Below are positions 25,304-39,445 of a stretch of 64,000 nucleotides of DNA, piece by piece. The notes beneath the pieces were generated by a model. It saw nothing but the letters and a program-made list of their open reading frames with translations, was not told where the DNA came from and searched no databases. Position 1 is the stretch's first letter. Every line of letters begins with the position of its first letter. Source of the stretch: Carcharhinus longimanus (taxonomy: Eukaryota); the NCBI GenBank assembly GCA_030264375.1, contig JASCQW010000081.1, positions 53,313,614 through 53,377,613 on the forward strand, written 5' to 3'. A program made the translations under genes and the position numbers.

Positions 25304-26886
25304 GGGTGTAAGATACTAGAACTGAGTGGTTACACTTATCTGATATGATTGGATTTGTTGGGGTTCTTCTCTAGGAACAAAGGCTGAAAGGGGTGGCCTA
25401 AATTATGAAGCTATTTCAAAGGATATAAGACATAGAGAAAATGTTTCTGCATGCGATTCAGAACTGGTCAGAAGATAGTAATCAACAGTTAGGTTGATTA
25501 CTATTGGATGGAAGCAGTGTAGGAGGAGGGCATAAACCTCAGCATAGAACAGTTGGGTTGATTGACCGGTTGTAGTGCAATTAATTCCTGTATGCCCTTT
25601 ATGCCTAATCTTGTCTTTTACCACTAAACAATTGTTAACACCAATTTCTGAGGATTTCCAAACATCTCAAATGCCTTTTGGATGCCCATCTTACTGGCAT
25701 CTGTAAATATTATGTTTGTGACCTCAAAATTCACCAAGTTTCGTCAGATGTACCCGATTCGTCAGATACCTCACTCAGTCACTTTGTCATTACTGACAGA
25801 TTCCAGTTACTCCCCACAAATGATGTGACATTGATGGGTCTGTGATAATCAGGTTTCTCTCTCACCCTTATTAGATAATGGAAAGGCATTTTAACATTTA
25901 TCAGTCCAATAACACAATTCCTCATCTCATTTTGAGAAATTGTTGGTATAGGAAATGCCTCACCTACCTCATTTAACAAGCTGGGGTGCAGGCATGGAAA
26001 TCTGTGTGAAATTTCATTACTTTGTCCATTACAAGTTTTCTGCAATAACAATGTAATAGATATTATCCCTTGGATGTATTTTTAACTTTCCTTGTACTTA
26101 TGGTGTTTTACTCTTAAGACAGTTATGAAGCAATTCCAAGATTTTGATCGGCAGTTTAAAACATTCTGGCATTAGACTTGATGTGCAAAATTCTGCAGTC
26201 TTTTAAATTAGAATCTGCAGCAGTTCTTTTCTGCAGTGGTACCCCCCCAAACAGTTGGTGGTTATTTGCACATTCATGCAAGGCACTCGAGGGCATTAGA
26301 TTATTTGAATAGTGTGTGTCTGTGATTCGAACATTCTGTGGGTCATCGCACATCTAGCCCACAGTGTACTTATTCAGTTTATTATGGTCTTTGAAGATAA
26401 TGACTTAGCTTGGACAATGTACCTTTCTTACTCATTTTGTCTTGCAACGAAAGAATGCATGATACATTAGCCTCATCTTCTATATGTCAGTTACTCTTTT
26501 TTTATTCTACAATGGAGAATGTGTGCTTTCCGTCTTGACTTCAGTGCTCAATATCATAATTGAAATTGGAGACTTGGGTGGTACATATTGTTTGATCAAA
26601 CAATTTGGAGCATTCAGAGTGAGCTCTGAACAAGGGGTTACAATTGTTTTTTTAGTTATCCTTTTTTAAAATCATAAGTTAACAGTGCTCTTTCACACAA
26701 TGCCGATCTCCTTTCTCAAATTTAGTGAGTTTATATCTTGCTAGACCTGTTTACTTTAATGGTATCTGTGCTTGTTGGACCATTCTCATGCAGTGATTGT
26801 ACTAGATGTAGATTTTATTGTGCTGATTTGAGTTGTGTTTTTTTAAAAAGCCTTTATGTTTGAAATAATTCTGATTTGCTTTTCAG

Positions 26887-27008
26887 TTTCAGCCACTATG
26901 TCCAAGCGCCAGCGTGAAGATGATGAAGAGACGAGTACAGATAATATGAGTCATGGTCAAGATGAATCTTTGGAACATCAGTCAAAGAAATTGAGAGTTG
27001 TCAGAGTG
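26887..27008 (+). CDS. TPR: TPR exon with bipartite NLS: VSATMSKRQREDDEE...HQSKKLRVVRV
   Basis: tttcag|TT TCA ... GTG|gtaagt; 122 nt, phase 1/0; KRxRE...KKL matches the TPR NLS region. Confidence 0.93.
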
Positions 27009-27089
27009 GTAAGTGAGTTCCTAACACGTTGGCCAGTGGGATAAACAGAAGATGTTCTAGTTGGCTGGAAGTATTTTTTTGTTCATTCA

Positions 27090-27450
27090 TTCATGGAATG
27101 TTGGCACCATTGGCTAGGTAAGCATTAATTACCATGATGAGCTGCCTCCTTGAACTGTTGCAATCCATATGGTGTTGATGCATCCACAATGCTGATAGGG
27201 GAGCGAGTTTCAGGATTTCGACCCAATAACAGTGAAGGAGCAATAATATATTTACAAGTCTGAATGGTGAGTGGCTTGGAGGGGATCTTCCAGGTGGCAG
27301 TATCCCCATGTGACTGCTGCCCTTGTCCTCCTAGGTGGTAGCATATGTGGGTTTGGAAGGTGCTGTCTAAGGAGCCTTGGTGAATTCCTGTAGATGGTGT
27401 ACATGGTTGCCACTGTGCTTTGGTGGTGGAGAGAGTGAAGATTTGTGGAT
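27090..27450 (-). mobile_element. LINE 3'-end remnant, same family as 45050-46290
   Basis: Shared acagtgaaggagcaataatatatttacaagtc.gaatggtgag...gggtttggaaggtgctgtctaaggagccttggtga. Confidence 0.75.
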
Positions 27451-29464
27451 TGATTTTTTTTTTCCCAGCCTTCACCACTGGGTCATCAACTTTGCACTAG
27501 GTTATCAACTTTTAATCAGAGACATCAATGACTTGACTTGGATGAAGCATAACTGAGCAGTATATCTAGGTTTCAGATGGTGCCATGTTCGGTAGAAAAC
27601 AATGAACTTAATGTGGGAATGGACAAACTCCACACTAGATGGAAGAAAAATAAATGACTTTTCAAAAGTGAGACTATGAACTGAGAAGGATATTTTGGTA
27701 TCAGTATCTTGTTACAGACAAAATGAGTTTTAATTTAAACAGCCCTGTAAACAGAAAGGTGTTTTAATTTGATTTTTATTTTTCCCTTTTGATTCAATTT
27801 CTAATAATAAGCACCAGAGCAAATTTATGATGGGATAAACTCAGATGATTAGCTTATTTATGCATCCTCAAATGCTGGAGGAGAGTGTTAAGAGCACAAC
27901 TGATGGTAAATGTCAGAATACTCCCAATACTAGAGGGGCAACTTTGAAACAGCTGTTTAAATAGTGAAATGCATAACGAGTGTATCAGCTAGAAATGCAC
28001 TTAACTAATTCCAATGGCTCTCCACAGTGTCCCTAAATTTAATCAGTTCTAAAATCCTTATTTCACTAACTTCAGAACTAATGCTCTCTAAACAACCTTG
28101 GAGGTTTAAAAAATTATAAGCTAAATCCAATAACATAGGGTTGTAAAAACTTCAGGCAAAATCCAGTATTTGTATCCTTTGGGGTTACTTCTGACATCCA
28201 GGACGACTGGTTGTTGAAGCAAGCTTTTCGACAGACAAAGCTTGTTGAGAGTTCACAGCTTTTCCTGCTGTGACCTGAAGTCTCAAAACAATTCGTCACT
28301 AACTTGCATAAATTGAAATTGTTTCTTGTACTTTTTTTTCGTTTTGATCCTCCCTCATCTGAACTCACCTGAGAAGTTACACTTACCACCTTGATTTTGC
28401 ACGTCCACCTTTTTGAATGTAATTGTAAAGATCACACCTCATTTCCTTCTTTGAACCCCTAGCATCTTCCTCAAACCCTTGATATTCTAGTCTTCATTGT
28501 TACCAACTTGCCTTGGGTAAACAACTGTTCGTATGGTTGGCACATTCATCAACATATCAAAAGCACTTAGTCTATCAACGTAGCTGACTGTCTCTGCCTC
28601 TATACAACTTCCATTTTTAAATGTTATTTTTGAAAAAACTTATGACCAATAGAAGAACTTGCAAATTATTGGATTTCAGTAATTTTTCATGTCATGACTA
28701 TCTGACAAGATTAGCAGTGGTGTCTCCTTTTCCAGAGAAATAACGATTTACAGCGCAAAGACCACATAGAAAAGAATTGCTACGCATGTATCCAAAGTCC
28801 AGAGTCCAAATATTCCTTCACAGGCTGCACAAATGCTGAAAAGTTCATTTTTCCAGCAGAGTTGATTTCCATGATGAGAGAGACATGTAAAAATAAATCA
28901 TTCTCATTGGCAATGGTACAAAAAAACCTGATAGAAACAGTGTTGGTAGTGGGGGAGGGGAGGGAGTTTGCAGACTTTCAAAGCTCGACAGTCTCTTTTC
29001 TGTGCTGTTGCCTGGTAGATGGAAAGATGGTAGACTGGGTTTTGCAGCTCAAATGCAATATTACTGGCCCCACCTGCTAGAGGCTTATGTCACTGGACTC
29101 CCACCTCTCCACTTGAGCTTTGACGAAGGGTATGTATTCTTGTCTGGGTATCTTAAATTATATGTTCTAACCATTGTCTTAAAAGGAAGTTGTGGGATTC
29201 TTTGGCCCATCAAATAGATCTGCTCTGGGTGACCAGCCCTGGTTTACACAATGTTTTTGTTCAGCTACATTTGAATTTGGTCTCTGCAGCCTCCCGGGTT
29301 ATTTAGTCTCTTCAGTGATAGTGGTGCAAATTTTTTCAACACTACCAAATAGTCTCTTTTATTTGGGGTCACAAACAGTCATTTTAAAAGGTCCTTGTCC
29401 ATTTTTTTCTAAATATTGGAAAGTGTATGAAAAGGTTTTAGCCCCATGACTATGCAAATCAGGT

Positions 29465-29850
29465 AAGAAGTCTCAACACCAAGTTAAAGTCCAACAGATT
29501 TATTTGGTAGCAAAATCCACTAGCTTTCAGAACGCTGCTCCTTCATCAGGTGAGTGGGAGTTCTGTTCACAAACAGGGCATATAAAGACACAAACTCAAT
29601 TTACAAAATNNNNNNNNNNNNNNNNNNNNNNNNNNNNNNNNNGTCTTAAAGGTACAGACAATGTGAGTGGAGAGAGCATTAAGCACAGGTTAAAGAGATG
29701 TGTATTGTCTCCAGACAGGGCAGTTAGTGACATTTTGCAAGCCCAGCTAAATCGTGGGGGTTACAGATAATGTGACATGAATCCAAGATCCCGGTTGAGG
29801 CTGTCCTCGTGTGAGGAACTTGGCTGTCACTCTCTGCTCAGCGGCTCATT
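29465..29850 (-). mobile_element. Penelope-like terminal repeat fragment
   Basis: Same family as 57836-57985 and 5581-5816; contains hammerhead motif. Confidence 0.75.
29518..29552 (-). ncRNA. Minimal type I hammerhead ribozyme motif with intact catalytic core
   Basis: Minus RNA CAC-CUGAUGA-A-GGAGC-AGC-GUUCU-GAAA-GC-UA/GUG: CUGAUGA and GAAA boxes, stem II, UA cleavage site, CAC:GUG stem I. Confidence 0.65.
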
Positions 29851-31974
29851 GACTGAGAGAAACGTTTATCTGTACCTTTTTAAGACTTGGACTTTAACCA
29901 TCTCCACATTATGCAAATCAAGTCAATAAAAACTAGAGAATAGACCAAAGTAGTCACAAAGTTATGTTCCTATTGCTTTTCAACTACCTTTTGAGATGAA
30001 CTGGTACTTTGATTGCACTGAGCCTTCTCCACCTACTGCATTTTATATTTTGAGCATCAAGGTTCAAAAAAGAAATATTGGCCTTGAGTCAAGGATAGTA
30101 CAGATTCACCAGAATAACATTGAAATGAGAAGCAATAAAATTGAATTTCCTTAAAATTTAAAACTGGTGGCCTCCGTAGAAGTGTTTAAAATGAAGGTTT
30201 TCCACAGTGAATTCCAAAAAAGCGTCTCTTGTAAGACCAAGTGGTATAACGAGTTTAGAGCCAAACCATTTAAGAATGCAATAAAAGGACTTGCTCTCAG
30301 GAGTGAAGTGCAAAATCTGAATGTCTCTAAGGGCAGTTGATGCTGAGTCAACTTGAAATTTAAAAAGATTTTTGTTGGATAAGATCATTCGGCGATATGG
30401 AACAGAGGTGCTAATTAATAATCTAATTGATGATGGAACATGTTCAAGGGACTGAATAGCCTGCCTCTGTTCCTCTGTTAAGTGTGTTAATGAATGACAC
30501 ATCTTGGAAGTTCCCAAGCTCTATTATATAATCCAGTTGAATAACTGTGCATGGTTGGGAACAGCTGAGGTGTTAATTCATTTGTCCTGTTAATGCTGAC
30601 ATCTATGTCGTGACAGTTCAAAGTTTGGAGGGAATTGAGGTCTGTGTTTGTGGTCACTAAAAGTTCCTTCACCCCTACCCCTTTCATGATCAAATTGTTT
30701 ATCTTTCACAGTATCTTAATTCTGATTTTGCCCTTTAATTTCACTCTCTTAGGTTTTAGGTCCATCTAGTGTTATATTGCACTTGCCAGTCTATTTAGAT
30801 GACAGATAATGACTGCATTCACCTAAGCAAAAGTAACTTAGCAACATAATATCTATTTAAAGCCCAGTCAAATTTTGAATATCTCCTCCAAGTTATATGT
30901 ATTAGCTGACCCTTAGTCTGTCAGTTTTGTCCCAAGTTCTCATCTCTGTTGCAAATTGAGCAACTGTTGATGTGTGTACAAATGGGGGAGATTTATTTCT
31001 TTGCTCATAACATTTAGCCATTCACAGCAGCATTTGTGGTCACTTTTTGAAGGTTAGGTTTTTTCATCTTTTACATTGAGAAACAGTCACTTCTAAAAGA
31101 TAGAAGTGAGATGTATTGTTTTGAAAAAGGGCAGCATCATAATTCAAAATCCTCCTGATAGCATTGTGGCAACACCATCACTATAAGGACAGCAGTGATT
31201 CATGGAGGCTGGTCATCACCTTCATTGTGTTTTGATCCTTGACCAGGCCCCCAAGTTTCTGTTCCAATGCTATTTGGGACCAAACATTTTCTTTACAGTT
31301 GGTGAAGTTCAAGATTGAAGATGCTTGTTAAGAGAATAAAACCACAAGATTCCATGGATTTTGAACAAATGAAAATAACCATTACTGTGCAAGGTCAATA
31401 TACCGTACTCTAACATTCAGGGTTAATATGTGGTACATGTGAATTAACAGGCAAACTATGGTCAAACGCATTGCACTACAATAAATAGCAAATGCAACCA
31501 AGACTGACCCCACAGATTTCTCAGTAACTCACTCAGACAGTAGTAAACAGTCAACCAATTCAGTTAACTCCCTCATGTGGGACTAAACTTTTCACTTTCC
31601 AAGATCTTCTGAATTACCTCAAAACTACTCAAACTCAGCCTGCCTCAGTGACTGTACAATTCTCAGGGTTTTGATCTCATCTCCTGGGGCACCATTCCTT
31701 GGATGTACAAATCTGCACATCAGTCTCTACTTGTGCAATTTTGCCCTTTAATAAATGGCTGGCTTCACTGGGCTGGCATTGTCCCTGGATTTCACCGAGC
31801 TCCAATTCTCCCAGCTATTCTGAGCTATAAATAGATCCCATGGCTATTCTTGAGCCCTAACTGCACAGAGCTATCAAACAGTTCTGGAACTTCTCCTGAG
31901 CTCTAACCGCACAGAACTGGTGACCAGCAACACTTGCTACCTGGAAGCTGCTCGCAGCATCATTTTGTTGTGGC

Positions 31975-32260
31975 CGTCTTGATTTTCAGAAGGCGTTTGA
32001 CAAAGTACCTAACAAGAGGTTATTGCAGAAGGTAAGGGGGCATGGAGTTGGGGGTAGGGTGTTAGCGTGGATAGAGGATTGGTTGTCNNNNNNNNNNNNN
32101 NNNNNNNNNNNNNNNNNNNNNNNNNNNNNNNNNNNNNNNNNNNNNNNNNNNNNNNNNNNNNNNNNNNNNNNNNNNNNNNNNNNNNNNATCTTATTGAATG
32201 GCGGGGCAGGCTCGAAGGGCTAGATGGCCTACTCCTGCTCCTATTTCTTATGTTCTTATG
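31975..32260 (+). mobile_element. Young CR1 copy (RT fragment, gap, 3' end)
   Basis: LDFQKAFDKVP.KRLLQKVRGHGVGGRVLAWIEDWL; 3' tail ttcttatgttcttatg. Confidence 0.88.
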
Positions 32261-32816
32261 TTTGTGTGCTGCAGAATACTGCCCCAGCAGACACAATTCA
32301 CTGCTCCAGCAAACATTGAGACGTTGGAAATGCACAAACTTTCTTGAGTCCCACCTCTCTCAATGACGAAACCTTCCAGGGCAAACTAAATGCCTTTTAA
32401 ATTACTTGTAATCTAAATTCTCCAGGATGCATTTCTTTCCATGCAATTTACACACATTATCTCCAATTCTCTAAGTCCATCTGCTCTTCCATGACCTTGC
32501 CTTTTAAGTGCAATAGTTTTCAAGCTGCTTTAGTTGCATTTATTCTATTTTCTGTGGTTAAATTTTGAATCTTCTCAGAACTAATTACCTGAAAGTAGTA
32601 TTACAAACCATGAATTAAATATTTAAAACAATAGGGCAGCTAAATATGTGAAAAATTAATGGCCTTCCTAATCTTGCACACATTGCAAGAGTTTACTGAA
32701 GTAGCTGCTCCAAAGCTGTTCAGCGGAACCATTTTCTGAATTATGTTTCATTTTGTGCAATTAGAGTTTACACTTTTACAGTATTGTAAACAGTTGTACT
32801 GTTTCTTTAACTATAG

Positions 32817-32912
32817 GAAGAACATTTGCAGGAGGTGCAAGATAGTGCAGGAACAGACACTGAAATGCAGATGCAGTCAGAGAATCTGGATTCGCAGGAC
32901 TCTATCTCGCAG
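32817..32912 (+). CDS. TPR: TPR exon: EEHLQEVQDSAGTDTEMQMQSENLDSQDSISQ (GC donor)
   Basis: ctatag|GAA ... CAG|gcgagt; 96 nt, phase 0/0; DSQDSI matches human. Confidence 0.85.
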
Positions 32913-35679
32913 GCGAGTTAATTTTGTGTGTGTGTGTACACGTATGTGTGTGTCCTGTAATCGCATGTTCGTGAGTTGGAATGGGTCAGAGCTGGAGGGT
33001 GCTGGCATTATACCCCATAATGCCAGCTTGTGAAGGAAAAAAACGGAGTCACTGAAGGTGGGCAGAATTAGAGATGGGAGATTAATATGGTATGGAGAGG
33101 TAACACTTGCAATCAGCATGCAAGTACATTTAAGAGAGTCTGTAAAGTTGTTAGGGGATGTATAGGACAATGGGATGTAGGCATTTATTTCATAAAAATG
33201 TAATTTATGACAAAGTATTGGAGCAAATGGCAACAAAATACAAATTAAAGTTCATTATCGTCGGAGACACATATGGAATAAATTGGGGTTAAAATGTGTC
33301 AAGCTAAATAAAGCTGTGGGTTAATGGAAGAACTGTTTCATAACACTAAAGACCTGGACGATAACTGTCAGTTTGGAATTTGGGCTTTGTTTGGGGAAAG
33401 TAATTAAACAAGGATCGATCTAGTGTGGAGGAAATGAAAATAAATATGAACATCAATGAAAGGTTGGCGATGCAAGTCTGGTAGTGACCAGAAAGACCTT
33501 GGCTGTAAGAAGTACGAGTAGCTACAGAGAGCAATTCACACTCTGTGGCAGACTGGGCCCAACAGTGAGCCAACCATTTAACAAAAGAGATGGGAAAGAA
33601 GCATAGCAGCAGCAATACTAGCCAACTAGATGGAAAGAACTTGTGTAGAAGTTGTGTGGGACCCATGCAAGAACTTGTGTAGAAGTTGTGTGGGACCCAC
33701 GCTATTCAACAAAAATCAGTAGGAGCTGAATACTTCAAGTTTTAGATGAGTAATACAATGGGGCAGCTGTTATCTTTTAGGAGGACATTCGTTTTCAGAA
33801 ATGCTTTGCTATAGCACCATCTTGTGATGACTTGTAAGTATTTCTTTTGGAACTGACAAAGTTGAGTTCCCAACTTCAAATGCCATAAAGTTATGCGCAC
33901 ATCACAATATCACGAGAATGTTAATTGTTAATTGTTCATTGTTCTTATGTAAATACTCAGATTATATTATCTTTATTCAGGATTTATTCCATACTTTGAT
34001 GTTTTACATACGCAATAGCTGTCAGAATCAGTACTTAACAGATACAATCCAGACACTAGAAATATTACCACCCCCTTTAAAAATTGCTTTTTCCAGTTTT
34101 TGAGATGTAGTGGATTTTTTTATATACAGTTGAAGAAACTTCATAAAATGTAATTTGCTGACAAAACAGCATAAATAGACCAAAATATAGTCCTGAAATG
34201 GTTAAGAAAATGATGTGGTGTACACAGACAATATTGTAAAAATAGGAACATTTAATGAATTCTGTACTACCATAATTGGCAAATAAGGTATGGCATGAAT
34301 TGTAGGGGTCGTGTCTTGGAAATGTACTGATCAGAGGATGCAATGAGGGTCCACTGTTACTTGTGCTTTTCCTGCCCCCTCATTTCCATCACTATTTCTT
34401 ATCCTATCACAGTCTGACAGGACCATTTGAAGCTGCATTCCTCACTAAATGGGACAGGGTAGTGATGACCATGTCTGATGTCATGAAAAAATCCCAATCT
34501 GTTGTTAAGGTGGCCCATGTTTGGTTGACAATGAAGTCTTGGACAAGAGAGAGAGACGGATCAGCAACTTGATGATCAATTCTTTAGAAAGCAAGAGATT
34601 AGGAACTAAGGCTGACTTTCTGTGCCGAGAAAGAAGAGAAACATTTGACCATGCAATTTACTACAACAAGCTTTGTAATGCAGACATTGGTTCTTAAGAC
34701 TGGCACCTAGTAGGACGAAGCTGAATCATGCATGCTTCATCTAGTGTTAGTTCCCATGCCAGATGGGAGCATTATAGGAAAAGTTAAATATTGTCCTGTC
34801 TAATTGCAAGTGTTCTGCATATTAACCTACTTTGCCATTTTGCATTGCTCTAATCTCCTTCGTTGCAAGAAAATTGGAATACAAGATTGAGAGCCTACTT
34901 GCATTTGTGCAAAGCTTTGACACCACACTTGGAGTATTGTGTGCCTTTTCCCAGGAAGGATTTGGAGGCAGTGCTGTGAAGTTTCACTGGAATGATTCCT
35001 CCTCTGAAAGTGTTCTACAAATAAGGGGTTGAGTCAGTTGGATCTATATGCTTTGGATAGGTGATCTCATGAAAAGATTCTGGAAGGTCTTGACAGGATC
35101 GAGATTAAGATCATTTGAGATGTGCTGAGGAGGAATTTCTTCACTTGGAAAAACCCTAGAGGGCTTTGGATGCATCTGCATTTGATATGTTTAAGGCTGA
35201 TGTCAATAGATTATTGATCTTCCAGGAAATTGTAGGATATGAAGATGGAGCAGAAAAGTGGCATTAAAGCAGAAGACCAACCATGATTGTATTGAATGAT
35301 GGACCAAACTGAAAGAGTCATGTGATCTACTGTTCCTACTTATATTGTGCCCTCTGGGATGTTTCAGTGTTGCCAGTTAGAAGATTAGGAAAGTGCTTAT
35401 GAGAGCTTGTATGAAAGACTTGGAATCTTGTTAAAGGGATTACGTTTTGTTACATCCCTCACCTCTTACCATGTAATGAAATGTAAGAAAGTGACAAAGC
35501 TTTCACAGACCAGAAGCATCAAATCTGCTAACAGGGGTGGCCAGTGCTCCTGTAACCTGAAAGTGATGTTCCCTCTAATTTTGCTTTGAGTGGGAACGTT
35601 TCCTGAGATTCCTTGACACAACCAAAATTTGTATATTGGATTATGTGTGCACGATGCTGACCTAAATTTCCTTTTATTC

Positions 35680-37900
35680 ATTCATTTAATGTGGGTGTTT
35701 TTGGCAAAGCCAACATTTATTGTCAAACCCAAATTGTTCTTGAAGGCGGAAGCATCCTTTTTGAACAGCTGGAGCCCATGACTGAAATTTTACTGACGTG
35801 TCCGCCACAGGAATCAGAGTGAGCAAGGGGTGGCCCATGGAAAGGTCAGTTGACCTCAGGTAGGATTTTCCAGTTTCAGCATGAGTGAGGCTGTAAAATC
35901 CCGCCCCATGTGTTGAAGGTGATACTTTGGCACTGGGTTAATATTCTGGAATTCCCTACATAACCTCTGAAGGGTTTGAAATATATTTAAGTCACAGGTG
36001 TGTGGTTTGGTAGGTGGCTTTCCCACATGTCTTGTTGCCCTTGTCCTTTCAGTTGGCAGAGGCCACACAGGTTTAGGAAGTGATGAAGAAGCCCTGTTAT
36101 GTTTGTGCAGTGCATCTTGTACATGGTAGTATACAGTGTGCCGGTATTGGGGGGAATTAATGCTCAAGGTGGATGAGGTGTCATAAAGCAGGCAGCTGTG
36201 TCTGGATGATGTGCTGTGGGAACTGCCTTTATTTAGCCAAGTGGTGATCATTCCATCACACTGCTGACTTGTGCTCTGTAAATGGTAGCTGGGTATTGTG
36301 GACTCATAAGGTTAGTTAACTTCAGAATTTCCAGCCCCTGATCTTTTGCTGCCATAGTATTTAAATGTCTGGTCAATGGTAGATTTAATGGTAAAACTTT
36401 TGAATGTAAAGGGTGATGTTATATCTCATCTTGTTGACAATGTGATTGCCTGGCACTTGGGTGGTGCAAATGTCACTCACCAGTTGTGAGACTTCAACAG
36501 ATTTACTTGGTAGCACAAGCTTTTGAAGTGTCACTCCTTGCTGCATGTAGGCATGAACTGCTTTGGACCTGAAGAGCTGTGAATACAACTGAATGCTTGA
36601 GTACTTTGCAATCGTTCTCATGTCTACCTTATCAATGACCTTCCTTTTGTCTTGAAGCAGCTGCATGGCTAGGACATAACCCTGAGAAACTCTTGCAGCC
36701 ATGTTGTGTGGCAGAGATCATTGTCCTCCAACAAGTGCCACCGTCTTCCTTTGTTCTGGGTGTGATTCTTGCTGTCTTCAATTTTACTAGGAAGTATACA
36801 CACCATTTACTCACCTCATCTCAATTCAGCTGTCTTGCCCATGTTTGGATCAAGGCTGCAATGAGTTTTGAAGTTCATGTCCTGATGAAACCACAGCTGA
36901 AAATCAGTGATCGTATTGAGGTGGCATAGTAGTCAGCACTGCTGCTTTTCAGCACCAAGGATCTGGGTTCAATTCTGGCCTTGAGTCACTGTCTGTGTGA
37001 AGTTTGCACTTTCTTCCCATGTCTGCATGGGGCCCCTCCAGGTTCTCCGGCTCCCTCCCACAGTCCAAAGATGTGCAAAGATGCTTGGGTTGCTTGGCCA
37101 TGCTAAATTGTCACTTAGTGCCGGGGGATTAGCAGGGTAAATAAGTGGGCCTGCGTGGGATTATGGTCGGTGCAGACTTGATGGTCCAAAGGGCTTCCTT
37201 CTGCACTGTAGGGATTCTATATTTGTTAATGAGCCTGTCCTGCATAATAGTGCTGTCTATGGCATCCTCCGTTACTTTTCTGAATGAGAGGAGACTGCTA
37301 GATTTGTCTTGTTTTCAGTGGGCCTGACATAATGAGAAAATTGCGGGGTCGCTGCCAGATGTACTGAAGCAAGTTGGCTAGAAGGGCATCTAGTTCATGA
37401 GCACCAGTCTTCAGTACTACAGACAGAAAGATCATGGGCCCATAGCCTTTGATTTATCCACTGCACATATTGCATGGTATGAATTGAGTTGTCCGAAGAC
37501 TGGTGTCTATTCTATTGGGAGTTCAAGAAGAGATGAGATAGACCATCCACTTGGCATCTTTGGCTGAGGATGGCTGCAAATGCTCACTCTTTTGCACTGC
37601 AGTGCTGGGCACCATCATTGTCACGGATTCCTATGTTCTTTAAGCTTTTTCTTCCCATTCATTGCCCACCATCATTCATGGTCTGACCTACAAAATCTCA
37701 CCTGTTGAGTGTGGGATGGCTTAGCTCTGTCAATGGGATTGCTTGACACTTTACAGCAGGCTGCTGCTGTTTTGTGTGTATGTAGCCCTGCATTGCAGCT
37801 TTGCCAGTTTGGCAACTGTTTTAGATACATGTGGTTTTATGGTAATGTTACAATGAGGAATATTTCAGACCATGAGTATGCAGCTTGTGGTGCTGATGGC
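35680..37900 (-). mobile_element. Long degenerate LINE remnant (family of 45050-46290) interrupted by a SINE
   Basis: Colinear similarity with 45050-46290, e.g. ccatgtttggatcaaggctgcaatgag and tgcatgtaggcatgaactgctt. Confidence 0.65.
36921..37220 (+). mobile_element. tRNA-derived SINE (HE1/V-SINE-like)
   Basis: Head gtggcatagtagtcagcactgctgc, B box GGTTCAATTC, core and tail ctgcactgtagggattcta. Confidence 0.82.
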
Positions 37901-39445
37901 ATAGTGCATTAATCTCCAACTATTAGCTACTAGATCTGTTTTGAAACAGTCCAGTTTAGCACTTTGGTGCTGTCGTGAATATGCCAGAAGGTTCAAAGCC
38001 ATCAGAAGTTCAAAAAGTGTTTCACAGTATGTGAATTCCAATAATGAGATTAGCAGTTCTAGACGGTACAAAATAAATACTGTCCTGCTAGGAGACAATT
38101 GCACCATTTGGGAAGGCATACATAATTGTATTGTATCATAGTCCTGATCTTTATACTACAACCGGGCTGGTTACTATTCTTGCTGGGTTTTGTATATGGC
38201 TGCTTACACCATTCCTGTAGACAAAACTGTACAAGAGCACAAACTGGTGTTTCCAAGTTGGATAACATCAATCGGGTTTGTGGAAGTGGTGTCACCACAG
38301 TGAGGCGTGTTCAGTGTGAAAATAGAACTTCATTTCCACAAAGACTGTGCACTGGTAGGTTGAAGGTGAGGTCAAGTAGGGTTTTTTATATTGAAGGTCT
38401 GGTTTGGCAAATTTGTCCTTCAGGACTCTACCAACGTGGCCAGTAGTATGTAACTAAGTTATTCTGTAAATGACATTGATTGCAGTCGTCCTGCCCTCCC
38501 ACCCACCCAGAAGTAATTCTGTGCCAGATGGTTTATTCTAAGTGGCAGATCCTATCAATTGCTTGGATAACAGCTCAATGTCCCAGATTATGGAGTGAAC
38601 AATTGAGGTTGAAGGTTCATTGTGATCTATTTGTAGCAAAGTACTGATATTCTTCAGATTTGCTGCAGCTTCAATACAACCTCTTGAGATTATGACAACT
38701 CAGCTACTACTTGATTCTGTTGTGTTTCGAAAATGAGAATGAATTGTAGAATGGTCAGCCAATGGAAATCGCTGACTTAGGGAGCAAACAAAAGTCGTGA
38801 ACAACAGAGTGTGAGAAAAAGTTATCTTTGGGAGGAGCAGCCTGGCTTTTTGGAGGAAAGTTAAAGAGAATATTCAATGCCCAAGAGACTTACCTGAGGC
38901 TAGCACAGATGGGAACAAGGTCAGAGAGGGGGAACATAATTTTCATGCACCCAGATGTGTTAAAGCAACAGTAGTGAAGGTGTGGAGAATTAAATGTCTC
39001 TCTTCAAAAGGAGCAGAAGTCCAGCCAGCCAGAGACAATGTGGGGAGGATGATAAAGAGCTAGAGGTTTCAAGCAAAAACAGTTTTAAAAGTATCAAAAT
39101 TAAAAATAATACCAAATTGTAAAACACGAAAACAAAAATGTGGACTTGTAAAGAAAGAACTTTCATAAGTTAATTGTATGGAAATTACGATGTCATCCAG
39201 TGTGAGAATCTATTGCGATTTGGCATCTGCTGTACACCTCAATAACAGCATATGGTAGCAAGTTTTATGTTCTCCCAATTCAGAGTGGAATTTAGAGATC
39301 TGCTATTATAAAGCTTTAAGTGTAATAAAGGTGACAATGGAAATTGATCAAAACTGCACACAACATTTTAGCAAGATGCTTCCACCAGTGAAATTTCTCT
39401 AGCTCTGCACATAATAACCAACTGTAATCTGTGATACCTTTGTAG

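Noticed and set aside
33635-33699. 31-bp direct repeat with 34-bp period
   Set aside because: Two copies only, a simple tandem duplication; not CRISPR-like, and the context is eukaryotic
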